A DNA stretch of 64,000 nt. It comes from Methanotrichaceae archaeon. GTDB lineage: Archaea > Halobacteriota > Methanosarcinia > Methanotrichales > Methanotrichaceae. Location: contig CAVVKN010000018.1 in assembly GCA_963748825.1 (NCBI GenBank), positions 1-64,000 on the forward strand, given 5' to 3'. A program made the position numbers and the translations under genes. The notes under the pieces are model-generated. The model ran no database searches, was not told where the DNA came from, and saw nothing but the letters and a program-made list of their open reading frames with translations. Each line of letters opens with the position of its first letter. Position 1 is the stretch's first letter. Shown here in pieces: positions 40,578-51,000 of this stretch.

Positions 40578-42089
40578 ATGGGCAATCAATTAATGAATTC
40601 TACAAAGACAGCGAATACTTCATCTCTGAAGTCTGCGAGAGCCGGCCTGCTGCAGCGCCAGTGCGCCTGCGGACAGCATGCTATAGGCGGTGAGTGTAAA
40701 GAGTGCCATAAGAAGAAGGGCATTCTGCAGAGATCTGCTATCGACCCAGCTCCTAATTTAGTGCCGCCCTTAGTTCATGAGGTGCTCAGGTCACCGGGAC
40801 AGCCGCTGGATGCGACCACTCGCGCATTCATGGAGCCGCGATTCGGGCATGACTTCAGCAAGGTGCGAGTTCATGCAGATGCGAAGGCAGCAGAGTCGTC
40901 GCAGGCTGTGAATGCATTAGCCTATACGGTAGCATCGAATGTGGTGTTTGGAGCTATGCAATATGCACCAAAGACAAAGGAAGGGCAGCGATTGATGGCG
41001 CACGAACTGACACATGTGGTGCAACAGGGCTCCGCACCTTCTTCGGCCTTTGCGCATGTTTCCTTGGCATATGACACCCATGAAAAGGATGCGGATGCCA
41101 TAGCTGGACAAGTACTTCTGGGCCATCCCCTTGCAGCGACTACTGCAAAGTTAAATGATCATGCCCTCCAACGTCAGGCCGTTCCCGGCGGCGGAGCAAC
41201 GCCAGGAACCGGTGTGGGGCTTGATTTAATCTTCATAATCAAAGCGCATAATGATCCATATACCTCTGATGTAACGAATTATGTCAAGACCGTGCTACAA
41301 GGTCAACATTACGAGGAAGTTGATAATCTAGACCAAATTTTTAGTAGGTTGGATAATTTGAGCCGCCCCCAAGGGATTGCTCCAATAGTTGAGGGGCTGA
41401 AACCTCCAAAGGGGACAAAGCCCTACAGTCCAAAGCAAATAGTACGTCGTATCCGGATTGTAGCTCACGGCAGCACTACTGGCGGTGTCAAGATGAAGCC
41501 CGCTGGAGAGAAAAAGCGGCGCTGGTTTACTCCTTCTGAAATAAAAAGCTATGCCAGCAAGCCTAATAATCAAGTGACCATTAAGAGAGTGATGACACCT
41601 GGGGCAGTAGTCGAATTCTGGGGGTGCAATATCGGAAACGTGCCTGAAGCAGGGAGGGCATGGTCGAGCCTGTTCGGTTCGAAGTTCAAAGCAACCACGG
41701 AAACCTTTAAAACCGAGCATGGTAGGTATTATCGTCCCGCTGCTAGGGGTGAAAGGGGTCAAACCATCCCCAATCAAAAAGGCACATGGATTAGGGTCAC
41801 GAGGACGAGCGATGTGGACAAACGTAACAGGGGGCTCCAAGATCACTTCCGGCAATGGCTGTTACAAACTTATGGTGAGCTTGTTCAAAACGGTGATATT
41901 CTTCCCATAAAAGATCAGGCCGAGCAGCTACAGTATATGCGTGACTTGTTCGACCGTTCAGATGGCGATATAATTCACATCATCGTTATGAAGAAATCGG
42001 ACAGAAGCCTTGTTCGGCCTGGTGATCAATCTAGCTGGGCAAAACTATGGGTTGAGTTCCCTCCACTCAACATCGGGGCCAATCCTTGA
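40578..42089 (+). CDS. DUF4157 effector 2 with DUF4347/caspase-like C-terminal domain
   Basis: LLQRQCACG leader, AHELTH; IRIVAHGS...VEFWGCNIG. Confidence 0.82.
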   Translation: MGNQLMNSTKTANTSSLKSARAGLLQRQCACGQHAIGGECKECHKKKGILQRSAIDPAPNLVPPLVHEVLRSPGQPLDATTRAFMEPRFGHDFSKVRVHADAKAAESSQAVNALAYTVASNVVFGAMQYAPKTKEGQRLMAHELTHVVQQGSAPSSAFAHVSLAYDTHEKDADAIAGQVLLGHPLAATTAKLNDHALQRQAVPGGGATPGTGVGLDLIFIIKAHNDPYTSDVTNYVKTVLQGQHYEEVDNLDQIFSRLDNLSRPQGIAPIVEGLKPPKGTKPYSPKQIVRRIRIVAHGSTTGGVKMKPAGEKKRRWFTPSEIKSYASKPNNQVTIKRVMTPGAVVEFWGCNIGNVPEAGRAWSSLFGSKFKATTETFKTEHGRYYRPAARGERGQTIPNQKGTWIRVTRTSDVDKRNRGLQDHFRQWLLQTYGELVQNGDILPIKDQAEQLQYMRDLFDRSDGDIIHIIVMKKSDRSLVRPGDQSSWAKLWVEFPPLNIGANP

Positions 42090-42190
42090 CGGTTAAAGAG
42101 CCATCCACTAGAATCATGAGCTTAATGCAGATTTCTATATTTTTCTAGTTTGAAATTTAGGAGATTATATAATTAGCTGGAGATTCTCTG

Positions 42191-44152
42191 GTGACAGAAA
42201 AGATGCAATGTATTAAAAAAGCATCGCAGAATCCATCCCTCAAGCCAGCGAATGCCAGACTCCTGCAACGCCAGTGCGCCTGTGGCCAGCATGCTATAGG
42301 CGGTTATTGTGAGGAGTGCAGTAAAGAGAAGGGGGTTTTTCAGAGGGCTTCTTTTGAAATTATGACTAATTCAGTGCCGCCCATAGTTCATGAGTTGCTA
42401 AGGTCGCCGGGGCAGCTGCTTGATATTGGGAACAGCCCGTTCATGAAGCCGCGCTTAGGTCATGACTTCAGCCAGATGCCAGTTCATCCAACCAAGGGAG
42501 TGACTATTCAGCCGAAGCTGGTTGTCAGTCAACCCGGAGATCATTATGAGAAGGAAGCAGATCGAGTTGCGGATATCGTAACTCGAATGCCGGCATCACA
42601 GACCACCGCGGGAGAAGTAATGAGTCAACTAACTCAGCCATTATACATCCAGCGCTTAGGTCCAGAGGATGAAGAAAAACTACATCAATCGCCAGAGGAG
42701 GAAGAAGAGGAAGAAGGAGATGAAGCCCTTCAGGCTAAAGAAGTCCCAGGCCGAACTTCTATGGTTTCGATCGGTTTTGAGAACTACCTTCAGTCCATCA
42801 GAGGAGGCGGCGAGCCGTTGCCGAGACCTGTCCGTTCCTTCTTCGAGCCACGCTTCGGCCACGATTTTAGCCAAGTTCGCATTCATGCGAATAGCGAGGC
42901 AACCAAGTCGGCACAGAGAATGAATGCGCGAGCGTACACCGTCAGTCACGATATAGTCTTTGGGCTTGGTGAGTACTCGCCGGGCACAGACAAGGGGAGA
43001 CTACTGCTTGCCCACGAGCTGGCGCACGTTATCCAGCAGTCGTCTGCCTCTCCTGGAGCGTCCGGACTCATTATGCGTGGCAAGGGAAAAGCTATCCAGA
43101 AAATCGCCGGATGGATCGTTAGAGTAGGTGAGCGTAAACTAATCAAAAAAGCTGCGATATATACTGAGAAGGAGATGGCGAAGCTGCTTGGGAATGGCTA
43201 TAACGTTCTCGTGAGAAGGGGGCGGTCAGTGGCGAAGAGAGTGGCGAAAAAAGTGTGGGGGGATGATGTAATCCATCACACTGGCCACATTATCAAGAAG
43301 ACTACGACGAAGGGCATGTCACATTTTCAACCTGGCAAACATTTGATCGGTAAATCAGGAGAAAAAGGATGGCACATCTTTTACGCTGCCGCTCCTATCC
43401 TATTCTTTTCGGAGGATGTGGAAGCTTTAGAGATCTACGACGACAAGTATCCCGGCAAGTCCATCGCGAATTATCTAACCGTTACAAAATATGTTGGAGA
43501 GGATTCGTGGTTATCTTACCTTGATTGGGTGAATCCTCTAGAATTGATTGCCATTGGAGGCGATATCGGTCGTGACAAGGATCGGGAGCGTACGAAAGAA
43601 CTCAAAGCAATCGTATTCAACCGAATCGCTGCCGACGGAACCATTCAAACGTATGAACTGGACCTCGAAGGACAATTGGTGCGTGTCATCATTGTCAAAC
43701 CGGGCGGACAGCAAAAAACCCTGAGCGCTGAGGAATATTATACCTTCCTGGCCAAGAATGCTGTCAAGTCATCACCAGAACCGGTTATACAAGATGGCAC
43801 CAAGCATCCGAATTATGCATCTACCTTCGATGCCGAATACCGCATCTATAACTCTAAGCAAGGTTGGGGTTGGGATTTCAAAACATTATCGTTCTTCCTT
43901 CCTGCAGAGGACTCAAAGAAACTTCAAAAGATTGGGCAGTTTTACGTTTGGGAGAATTTTTCAATCAAGTATGTCTATGCTTATGTCCATCCACGCTACC
44001 GAGTGGAGTTGCACCAGCCCGGATTTGAGGTGCCCGAAGAGCTGGTAGGTGAATACGCATCCAGTCGCAAGGACGCATTCTTACAGAATATGCTCAAATC
44101 GACGTTGCAGGCAAAAAAAGTCTTGAGTGCCGACCTCTGGAAGGCTAAGTAG
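42191..44152 (+). CDS. DUF4157 effector 3 with unknown His-rich C-terminal domain
   Basis: LLQRQCACG leader, IQPKL...EKEADRVA, poly-E, AHELAH; HHTGH...SHFQP...HIFY. Confidence 0.82.
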   Translation: MTEKMQCIKKASQNPSLKPANARLLQRQCACGQHAIGGYCEECSKEKGVFQRASFEIMTNSVPPIVHELLRSPGQLLDIGNSPFMKPRLGHDFSQMPVHPTKGVTIQPKLVVSQPGDHYEKEADRVADIVTRMPASQTTAGEVMSQLTQPLYIQRLGPEDEEKLHQSPEEEEEEEGDEALQAKEVPGRTSMVSIGFENYLQSIRGGGEPLPRPVRSFFEPRFGHDFSQVRIHANSEATKSAQRMNARAYTVSHDIVFGLGEYSPGTDKGRLLLAHELAHVIQQSSASPGASGLIMRGKGKAIQKIAGWIVRVGERKLIKKAAIYTEKEMAKLLGNGYNVLVRRGRSVAKRVAKKVWGDDVIHHTGHIIKKTTTKGMSHFQPGKHLIGKSGEKGWHIFYAAAPILFFSEDVEALEIYDDKYPGKSIANYLTVTKYVGEDSWLSYLDWVNPLELIAIGGDIGRDKDRERTKELKAIVFNRIAADGTIQTYELDLEGQLVRVIIVKPGGQQKTLSAEEYYTFLAKNAVKSSPEPVIQDGTKHPNYASTFDAEYRIYNSKQGWGWDFKTLSFFLPAEDSKKLQKIGQFYVWENFSIKYVYAYVHPRYRVELHQPGFEVPEELVGEYASSRKDAFLQNMLKSTLQAKKVLSADLWKAK

Positions 44153-44684
44153 ATGACGCAGTATGAAGCTGGATCAGCGTTCATTCATGGTTCGTGATAA
44201 GGATTACAGCGGAATTCATCTTGGCATACCGGCCGCGTCTACGAAAGCGCTCGAGGCGCTAATTGGCGAACTGGCAACATCGCCTTTGGGACACTCACGT
44301 AGTTTTGCCGATCCCAGATAAACCGCCGCGACGGATCTTCGCTCGTGTGGTTATTGCCCGTTGGTTCTCGCATCGCATTGGAGTTGCGGTCGATTATATG
44401 ACGCAGATCCGAGTCCACAAGCAGGCTGGCATCGTCACATTGTCGCAACATTGTCTCATCTGAATTTCGAGAATGCTCGTGGTGATTTGCTTATTGTGGT
44501 TGCTCTAAGACGGATCATTCTGGTGTTGGCCGATTTGAAGTAGGAATTTACTTTAGTCAGTGGTTGCCTCATCATCTTTCTTCCAGTGATTTGTGGTATT
44601 ATGTGCATACCATGCGATGGATAAGGGTTCATCCAGACAATAAATATCTATTCGATATTTAAAGATAAATAGGAGGCTCAAACT

Positions 44685-45350
44685 ATTCCGACAGGTTTTC
44701 CCCAATCACCTCGTCTCAACCGAGGCGGCATCGTCCTGGTAGATCCAGAAACATCTCAGCCGCTGAAGATCATCGTCCTGCAGTATAACCCGGACACCAT
44801 CAACCGCACCCTGCAGGTCCAGGGCACAGGAGCAGAGTCAGGTGACCGCATGGAGGCCTTGCGCCTTAAGGGTCCTGCGGTTGAGACCATCAAGCTCGAA
44901 GCTGAGATCGATGCCACAGATCAGATCGAGTCGCCCGACGACCCCAGGAGCAAAAATACGATTCAGCATGGCATATATCCCCAGCTTGCTGCCCTGGAGA
45001 TCCTGGTCTATCCCACTGTGGACCAGCTTCAGTCAAACAACAACGACGCCAAGATGGGTACTATCGAGATCATCCCCATGCAAATGCCACTAACCCTCTT
45101 CGTCTGGTCCCAAAACAGGGTCGTTCCCGTTCGCATTACAGACTTCAGCATCACCGAGGAGGCTTTCGATACCTATCTCAATCCCATCAGGGCTAAAGTG
45201 AGCCTTGGATTTCGGGTTTTGAGCGTCAATGACCTCGGGTTCGACAACAAGGGTGGCGATCTTTTCCTAGCCTATCTGAGACAGAAAGAGACTCTGGCAG
45301 GGCTTAGTCCTGGTGGGACCTTCCAGGATCTGGGCATCGAAGGAATCTAG
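44685..45350 (+). CDS. CIS tube-initiator-like protein (Afp7/Pvc7 N-terminal type); probable ATT start
   Basis: The frame is open from ATT 44685 (aggagg at 44671) through QYNPDTINRTL; FVWSQNRVVPVRITDFSITEEAFD..LNPIRAKV. Confidence 0.8.
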   Translation: MPTGFPQSPRLNRGGIVLVDPETSQPLKIIVLQYNPDTINRTLQVQGTGAESGDRMEALRLKGPAVETIKLEAEIDATDQIESPDDPRSKNTIQHGIYPQLAALEILVYPTVDQLQSNNNDAKMGTIEIIPMQMPLTLFVWSQNRVVPVRITDFSITEEAFDTYLNPIRAKVSLGFRVLSVNDLGFDNKGGDLFLAYLRQKETLAGLSPGGTFQDLGIEGI

Positions 45351-45356
45351 CGAGGT

Positions 45357-45674
45357 TTGTACATGTTTCCCCCAACCAGCCGGTATAGCGGCATTGAGAT
45401 CGCAAAGTTCGTGGATGCAGACGGCAAAACCACCGTCTACCTGCGCCGCAGGTTTCTGCCTTCTCCAGATCGCTTTCATCTATTGCAGGAACACACTGTG
45501 ACTGCGGGCGAAAGGCTGGATAACATCACAGCCAGATATCTGGTCGATCCTGAGCAGTTCTGGAGGATATGTGATGCCAATTCAGCCATGAATCCGGAGG
45601 ATCTGCTGAAACCCATCGGCCGCAAGCTGCGCATAACATTGCCCGAGGGCCTGCCGGGGGTGCCGGATGCTTAA
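45357..45674 (+). CDS. LysM / gp53-like baseplate protein
   Basis: HTVTAGERLDNITARYL.DPEQFWRICDAN. Confidence 0.85.
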   Translation: MYMFPPTSRYSGIEIAKFVDADGKTTVYLRRRFLPSPDRFHLLQEHTVTAGERLDNITARYLVDPEQFWRICDANSAMNPEDLLKPIGRKLRITLPEGLPGVPDA

Positions 45675-46788
45675 AGGGATTCATCTCACCCTACTCATAG
45701 GGCCGACCATACCTGTTATTGCGCCGCATGCCGTGATGGATGCGCTAACCAGTATCCAGGTAACAACTTCCGCCGGCCAGAGAAGCGGTTTTCAGCTCTC
45801 CTTTGCTCTCAGCAAGGAATCTTTGCTTAATAGAGTGCTGATTCCAGCAGGCTACTTCGACCCTAAGATTAGAGTGATTATTGTCGTTACCATGAATGGA
45901 ATGCCCAATGTTTTGATGGATGGAATAATAACTCAGCAGGCCGTGAACCCCAGCAATGAGCCGGGTCAGTCTACACTTACCGTCACGGGAGAAGACTTGA
46001 GCTTGTTATTGGACCTGGAAGAGATCAGTATGTGCTATCCTTGCATGCCTCATCAGGCTATAGTGGCTATGATCTGTCTCAAATATGCATTTTATGGCAT
46101 AGTTCCCTTGCCTATCCCTCCTCTGCTAATGGACATTCCCAATCCCCTAGAAAAAATACCCGTCCAGTCTGGAACTGATCTCGCTTATATAAGCCAACTG
46201 GCCAAAGATGTAGGTCATATTTTTTATATTGAACCTGGACCTCTGCCCGGTGCCAATATCGCCTATTGGGGACCTGAGATTCGGATTGGCCTTCCTCAAC
46301 CAGCCTTGAGCATCAATATGGATGCAGACACAAATGTCGAATCGTTGAGCTTCACCTTTGATGGCTTGGCTAAAAAGCAGATGACAATCAACATCACCGA
46401 ACCTATCACTAAGATCACGATCCCCATACCAGTCCCTGATGTGGGATTATTGCGGCCTCCTTTGGCCTCAAGACCTGCTACATCATTACGCACAGGCCCA
46501 GTGCCTTGCACAGCGAAGCAGAACCCGATTCGTGCTGCTTTATTTGGATTATCCATGACTGCCGAGGCTTCGGATTCGATTAGTGGTTCTGGACAGTTGG
46601 ATGTCCTTCGATATGGACATGTATTGAAGGCTCGGGGATTGGTATCTGTACGTGGTGCTGGTTTGGCTTATGATGGTTTCTATTTCGTGAAAAGTGTGAC
46701 CCACAACATCAAACGGGGTGAGTACAAGCAGAGCTTCACTCTAGCCAGGGATGGACTTATTTCGCTCACACCTAAGGTGATGCCATGA
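45667..46788 (+). CDS. Baseplate hub (gp27/GpD, VgrG N-terminal-like)
   Basis: LMDGIIT, LTVTGEDL, TDLAYI..LA...G, G.G.AYDG.YFV.SVTH; position in operon. Confidence 0.75.
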   Translation: MLKGIHLTLLIGPTIPVIAPHAVMDALTSIQVTTSAGQRSGFQLSFALSKESLLNRVLIPAGYFDPKIRVIIVVTMNGMPNVLMDGIITQQAVNPSNEPGQSTLTVTGEDLSLLLDLEEISMCYPCMPHQAIVAMICLKYAFYGIVPLPIPPLLMDIPNPLEKIPVQSGTDLAYISQLAKDVGHIFYIEPGPLPGANIAYWGPEIRIGLPQPALSINMDADTNVESLSFTFDGLAKKQMTINITEPITKITIPIPVPDVGLLRPPLASRPATSLRTGPVPCTAKQNPIRAALFGLSMTAEASDSISGSGQLDVLRYGHVLKARGLVSVRGAGLAYDGFYFVKSVTHNIKRGEYKQSFTLARDGLISLTPKVMP

Positions 46789-47327
46789 ATGAAGAAAATT
46801 GCAAGAAATTTAACGGCTTATATAAAGGTACTGTAGTATCAAATATTGATCCATTGACTCAAGGAAGGCTGTTGGTCAGAGTACCAGATGCTCTAGGGAG
46901 CCTTCCATGCGTCTGGGCTGAGTCTGCGAGCCCTCTGGCAGGCCCTCAAATGGGAGTATATATGGTTCCTCCTATTAATGCAGGTGTTTGGGTATTATTC
47001 CAAAATGGAGACCCCAACTTCGCAGTCTGGACGGGTTGCTGGCGTGGATCTCCAACTGATGTACCCCTAAAAGCGTTATCAGCGCCACCTGGTGTTCCTC
47101 CTATATTGATTCAATCAACGACCCAAAATAAAATAATAATCAGTAATGTTCCTCTTCCTACGGAAGGCATCATACTGGAGACAACCTTGGGCGAATTAGG
47201 GCCGCGTATTGAGATTACCAATACAAGCATCACAATTTCAGCTGGCATTGGCAGGCCGTCCATCAAGGTGGACCAAGCCATGGTGAACATAAACAATGGT
47301 GCTCTAACTGTTGTAGGGCCGGGATAA
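46785..47327 (+). CDS. Spike protein (gp5 OB-fold / GpV)
   Basis: YKGTVVSNIDP...GRL.V.VP, PP..AGVWV.F..GDP..VW.G. Confidence 0.88.
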   Translation: MNEENCKKFNGLYKGTVVSNIDPLTQGRLLVRVPDALGSLPCVWAESASPLAGPQMGVYMVPPINAGVWVLFQNGDPNFAVWTGCWRGSPTDVPLKALSAPPGVPPILIQSTTQNKIIISNVPLPTEGIILETTLGELGPRIEITNTSITISAGIGRPSIKVDQAMVNINNGALTVVGPG

Positions 47328-47342
47328 AGAAGGAGACAATCT

Positions 47343-47684
47343 ATGCCCGGACCTCTCTTTCATGTTGGCGCAGTTGCCACCTGTCCTCATATTGGTGGCC
47401 AGTTTGTGGTTACTACCACTAACACGCGAGTCTTAGTTAGCGGCATGCTAGTTGTGACCCTGACGGACATACTGAAGATTGCCCCAGGCTGTCCCTTCAC
47501 TGTGCCAGGCCCCAAGCCCCAGCCATGCTTTCTGGCAAAGCTGATCCCCTCTACCAGAGTCTTTGTGAATGGTCAGCCGGCAATCATTTACACTCCGGGC
47601 TCAGGCATCTGCCAAAGCGCGGAGCAGATTCCTTCGGGGCCTCCCATTGTCAGCACAATTCAAACCAGAGCTATTGGGATATGA
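47343..47684 (+). CDS. PAAR-like spike tip
   Basis: GA...CPH.G, GCPF...P.PC, RVFVNGQP; follows the spike gene. Confidence 0.75.
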   Translation: MPGPLFHVGAVATCPHIGGQFVVTTTNTRVLVSGMLVVTLTDILKIAPGCPFTVPGPKPQPCFLAKLIPSTRVFVNGQPAIIYTPGSGICQSAEQIPSGPPIVSTIQTRAIGI

Positions 47685-48052
47685 TGACTATGTATATCGA
47701 TTTTCCATATCACTTTGACGGCAGTGGCCGTACGGCCTCCGCAGATTACGACGACCATATTAGGGATATGATAGAACAGTTTCTGTTCACGAATGCAGGG
47801 GAGCGGGTCAACCGTCCTGACTTCGGCAGCGGACTGCTTCAGATAGTTTTCGCTCCAAATATTCCAGAACTTGCGGCAACACTGCAGCTCACCATTCAGG
47901 CAGGGCTTCAGCGCTGGCTTGGTGATTTAATAGACATCCATGCCTTGCAGGTCGCCAGCGAGGAGTCCGTTCTGAGGATACTTGTTCAATATGTAGTGCG
48001 AAAGACTGGGGAGCGTCGTACTGAACTCTTTCAGAGGGGTGGTTTGCTTTGA
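47681..48052 (+). CDS. gp25/GPW baseplate sheath initiator
   Basis: LFTNAGERVNRPDFGSGL; ATGA overlap with the tip gene. Confidence 0.9.
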   Translation: MMTMYIDFPYHFDGSGRTASADYDDHIRDMIEQFLFTNAGERVNRPDFGSGLLQIVFAPNIPELAATLQLTIQAGLQRWLGDLIDIHALQVASEESVLRILVQYVVRKTGERRTELFQRGGLL

Positions 48053-51000
48053 GAAATGCAGATTTGGCATGCAAGAAGGAGGGGCGTCGCAAACAGATCC
48101 GGAAGGAAGCAACCTCTGAAGAAGGCTTGAATGGCATAGATTACGTGGAAGTAGTTATCAAACCAAAATCGTCAAACTCAGATCCAATCAAGGATGTGTA
48201 TCTTGAGGTCCACCTCTTTAAGAATATAAAGAATAGCATTGCAAGAGAGAATATTATAATCGAGGGTGGAAGAAGGATCCGCGATGTTTCAGTGCAGGAG
48301 AGCAATCCTTTGGGACGAAAAAATGATAAAGTTTTTAAAGGATTCCAAATAAAACTCAATAAGCTCGGAGATTTTTCTCAATATACACTTCGTTTGGTCG
48401 AGGTTGATGTAATTAAGCAACCAACCGATACACCTCTCAAAGGATTTGATCCTCGCTACGCTCAAATTGATTTCAGTTTCAGGCAAGGCTGCTCGAGCGA
48501 CCTGGACTGCAAGCAAAAACTCATCTGTCCGACCGATAGAAAAGAAGAACCAGAAATTAATTACCTGGCGAAAGATTATGCTAGCTTCAGACAACTGATC
48601 CTGGATAGGCTGTCATTGGTAATGCCTGACTGGAAGGAACGCCATGTTCCGGATATTGGAATCGCTTTGACCGAGATCCTAGCCTATACTGGAGACTATC
48701 TGAGCTATTATCAGGATGCTGTGGCAACTGAAGCCTATCTGATGACAGCGCGTCAACGCATCTCTGTGCGTCGTCATGCTCGGCTGGTTGACTACATAAT
48801 GCATGACGGCTGCAACGCAAGAGCCTATGTATTTGTCAAAACTGCTGACAACATAGATCTAGATTCTAGAGAAATTTTCTTCATATCCAGGAAAGACGAT
48901 CTGGCCAGAACCTCGAAAGCCGTCATTGCGAGGGAGGAGCTTATAGGTGTTCCTGAAAATAGCTACGAGGTTTTCCAGCCAATAGTTGAGATAAATGAAG
49001 AACCGCTAAATATAGAAAATGTAAATTTCTCTGAAGATATAATTATAAAACTTAGAGAGGCAGAAGATCCCATATCACAATGTATTTTCAAAGAGCTTTC
49101 TTCTGATCTTCAGGAGCAATTGAAGAAATTTATTCCTGGATCGATTATCGATGAGAAAATTATCGCAAAATTGATACAAGATCTCAATCGCTTAATACAT
49201 CTTGAGATACTGAGTCGATCATTGCTGGAGGAGATCTATCCAGGGCAAATAACCGGCAAGATGATTTCGTTATATAAAGCCCATAACGAGATCCCATTTT
49301 ATACTTGGGGCAACACGGAATGCTGTCTTGCCAAAGGAGCCACAAGTGCTTTCTTGAGAGATAAATGGCGTAATTTGCCAATAACTAATGCTGCAGGAGG
49401 TTCTCCTCCTCTTGAAGAGCAGCAGTTTAACCAATTGTTCCAATTATTCAATTTTAGCCCGAAAAATACTCATCCAGAAGAACAGTTAAAGGTTGATCTT
49501 GATAAACTGACTAAACCAGAATTTCGATCTTTGGAATTAAAAGTAGGCGATATACTCATCTTTGAGGAGGTAGCAGACCCGAAGACTGGAAACAGAGCTG
49601 ATAGGGATATTGCTCACCGCCAGGCTGTGCGCTTAACCAAGGTGGAGTTGAATTACGATCCGCTTTTGACAACTCCTGAAATCGTCAAGAAGGATAAAAC
49701 CGAAACCACAATCGATATACCCACTCCTGTCGTGGATATCGAGTGGGATTTGGAGGATGCCCTTCTCTTTCCATTATGCATATCAGCGATCGGTCCTGCT
49801 CCGGTGTGCCAGCTGAATGAAGCAATTAGTGTAGCCAGGGGAAATGTGATCCTTGTTGAACACGGAAGGGAGGTGAAAGAAGAACTTGGCTCTGTGCTTG
49901 TGGAAGAGATTACAGGAAAGTGCGATTGTGATTATCTCCCTGCTGAGACGTCGAGACTGCCCAGGAGGTTCAGGCCGAAATTGAGCAAAGCTCCCCTTAC
50001 CTTCAGCCAGCCTTTGCCAATCAATGGCTCAGCCAAGAGGTTTTTGGAACAGGACCCTCGCCAGGCTGAGCCTCAGATAAAATTGGTTGGAATTCCGAGC
50101 AGATGCAGTCTTGACTCTTTAGAGTGGACTTCACGGAGCGATCTCTTGAGTAGCGAGAGTGAGGATAGGCATTTCGTAGCTGAGATCGATGATGATGGCC
50201 AAGGTATACTGCGATTTGGTGATGGCGATCTTGGGAAGATGCCGGATGCGGGCACATATTTCTCAGCAATTTATCGTATCGGAACAGGGCATTCTGGAAA
50301 CGTAGGAGCTGAGTCCATTTCGTGCATGGTCTTCAAAAGAAATATGAAGAAGGGATTAGTCAGCGAAGTGCGCAATCCTCTGCCATCCCAGGGTGGCATG
50401 GACCCCGAATCCATACAGGAGGTTAAGCTCTTTGCCCCGGGAAGATTCCGCCAAGATCTGCAGAGGGCAATAGCGGCAGATGACTATGCCAGGCTTGCCG
50501 AGCGCAATCCAAGAGTGCAAAGAGCGGCGGCTATATTTCACTGGATGGGAGGCTGGTATGAGGTAAATGTGGCAGTAGATCCCAGAGGAACGGATGAAGC
50601 CAGCCCGGATCTGCTGAGTGAGGTAAAGAATTATTTGGAGCCATTTCATCGCATGGGCTATGACCTGAGAGTGGTTCCGGTTCAATATATCCCCATTGAG
50701 ATCGATATGACGATCGTCGTCAAGTCCGAATATTTGAAGGGCCATGTCAAAGCGGCAATGCAGGATCTTTTCAGCAGCCGCCTTCTGCCGGATGGTAATA
50801 TGGGCTACTTCCATCCGGATAACCTGAGCTTTGGAGTCAGCATCTTTTTGAGCAAGCTTGCTGCTGCGGCCCAGTTTGTGACGGGCGTTGAGAACGTTTG
50901 CATCACCAAGCTGCAAAGACTGGGGAGCGGCCCCGATCATGAGATGGAGAAAGGAGTTCTGGAAATTGGGCCTCTGGAGATTGCTCAGATGAATAACGAT

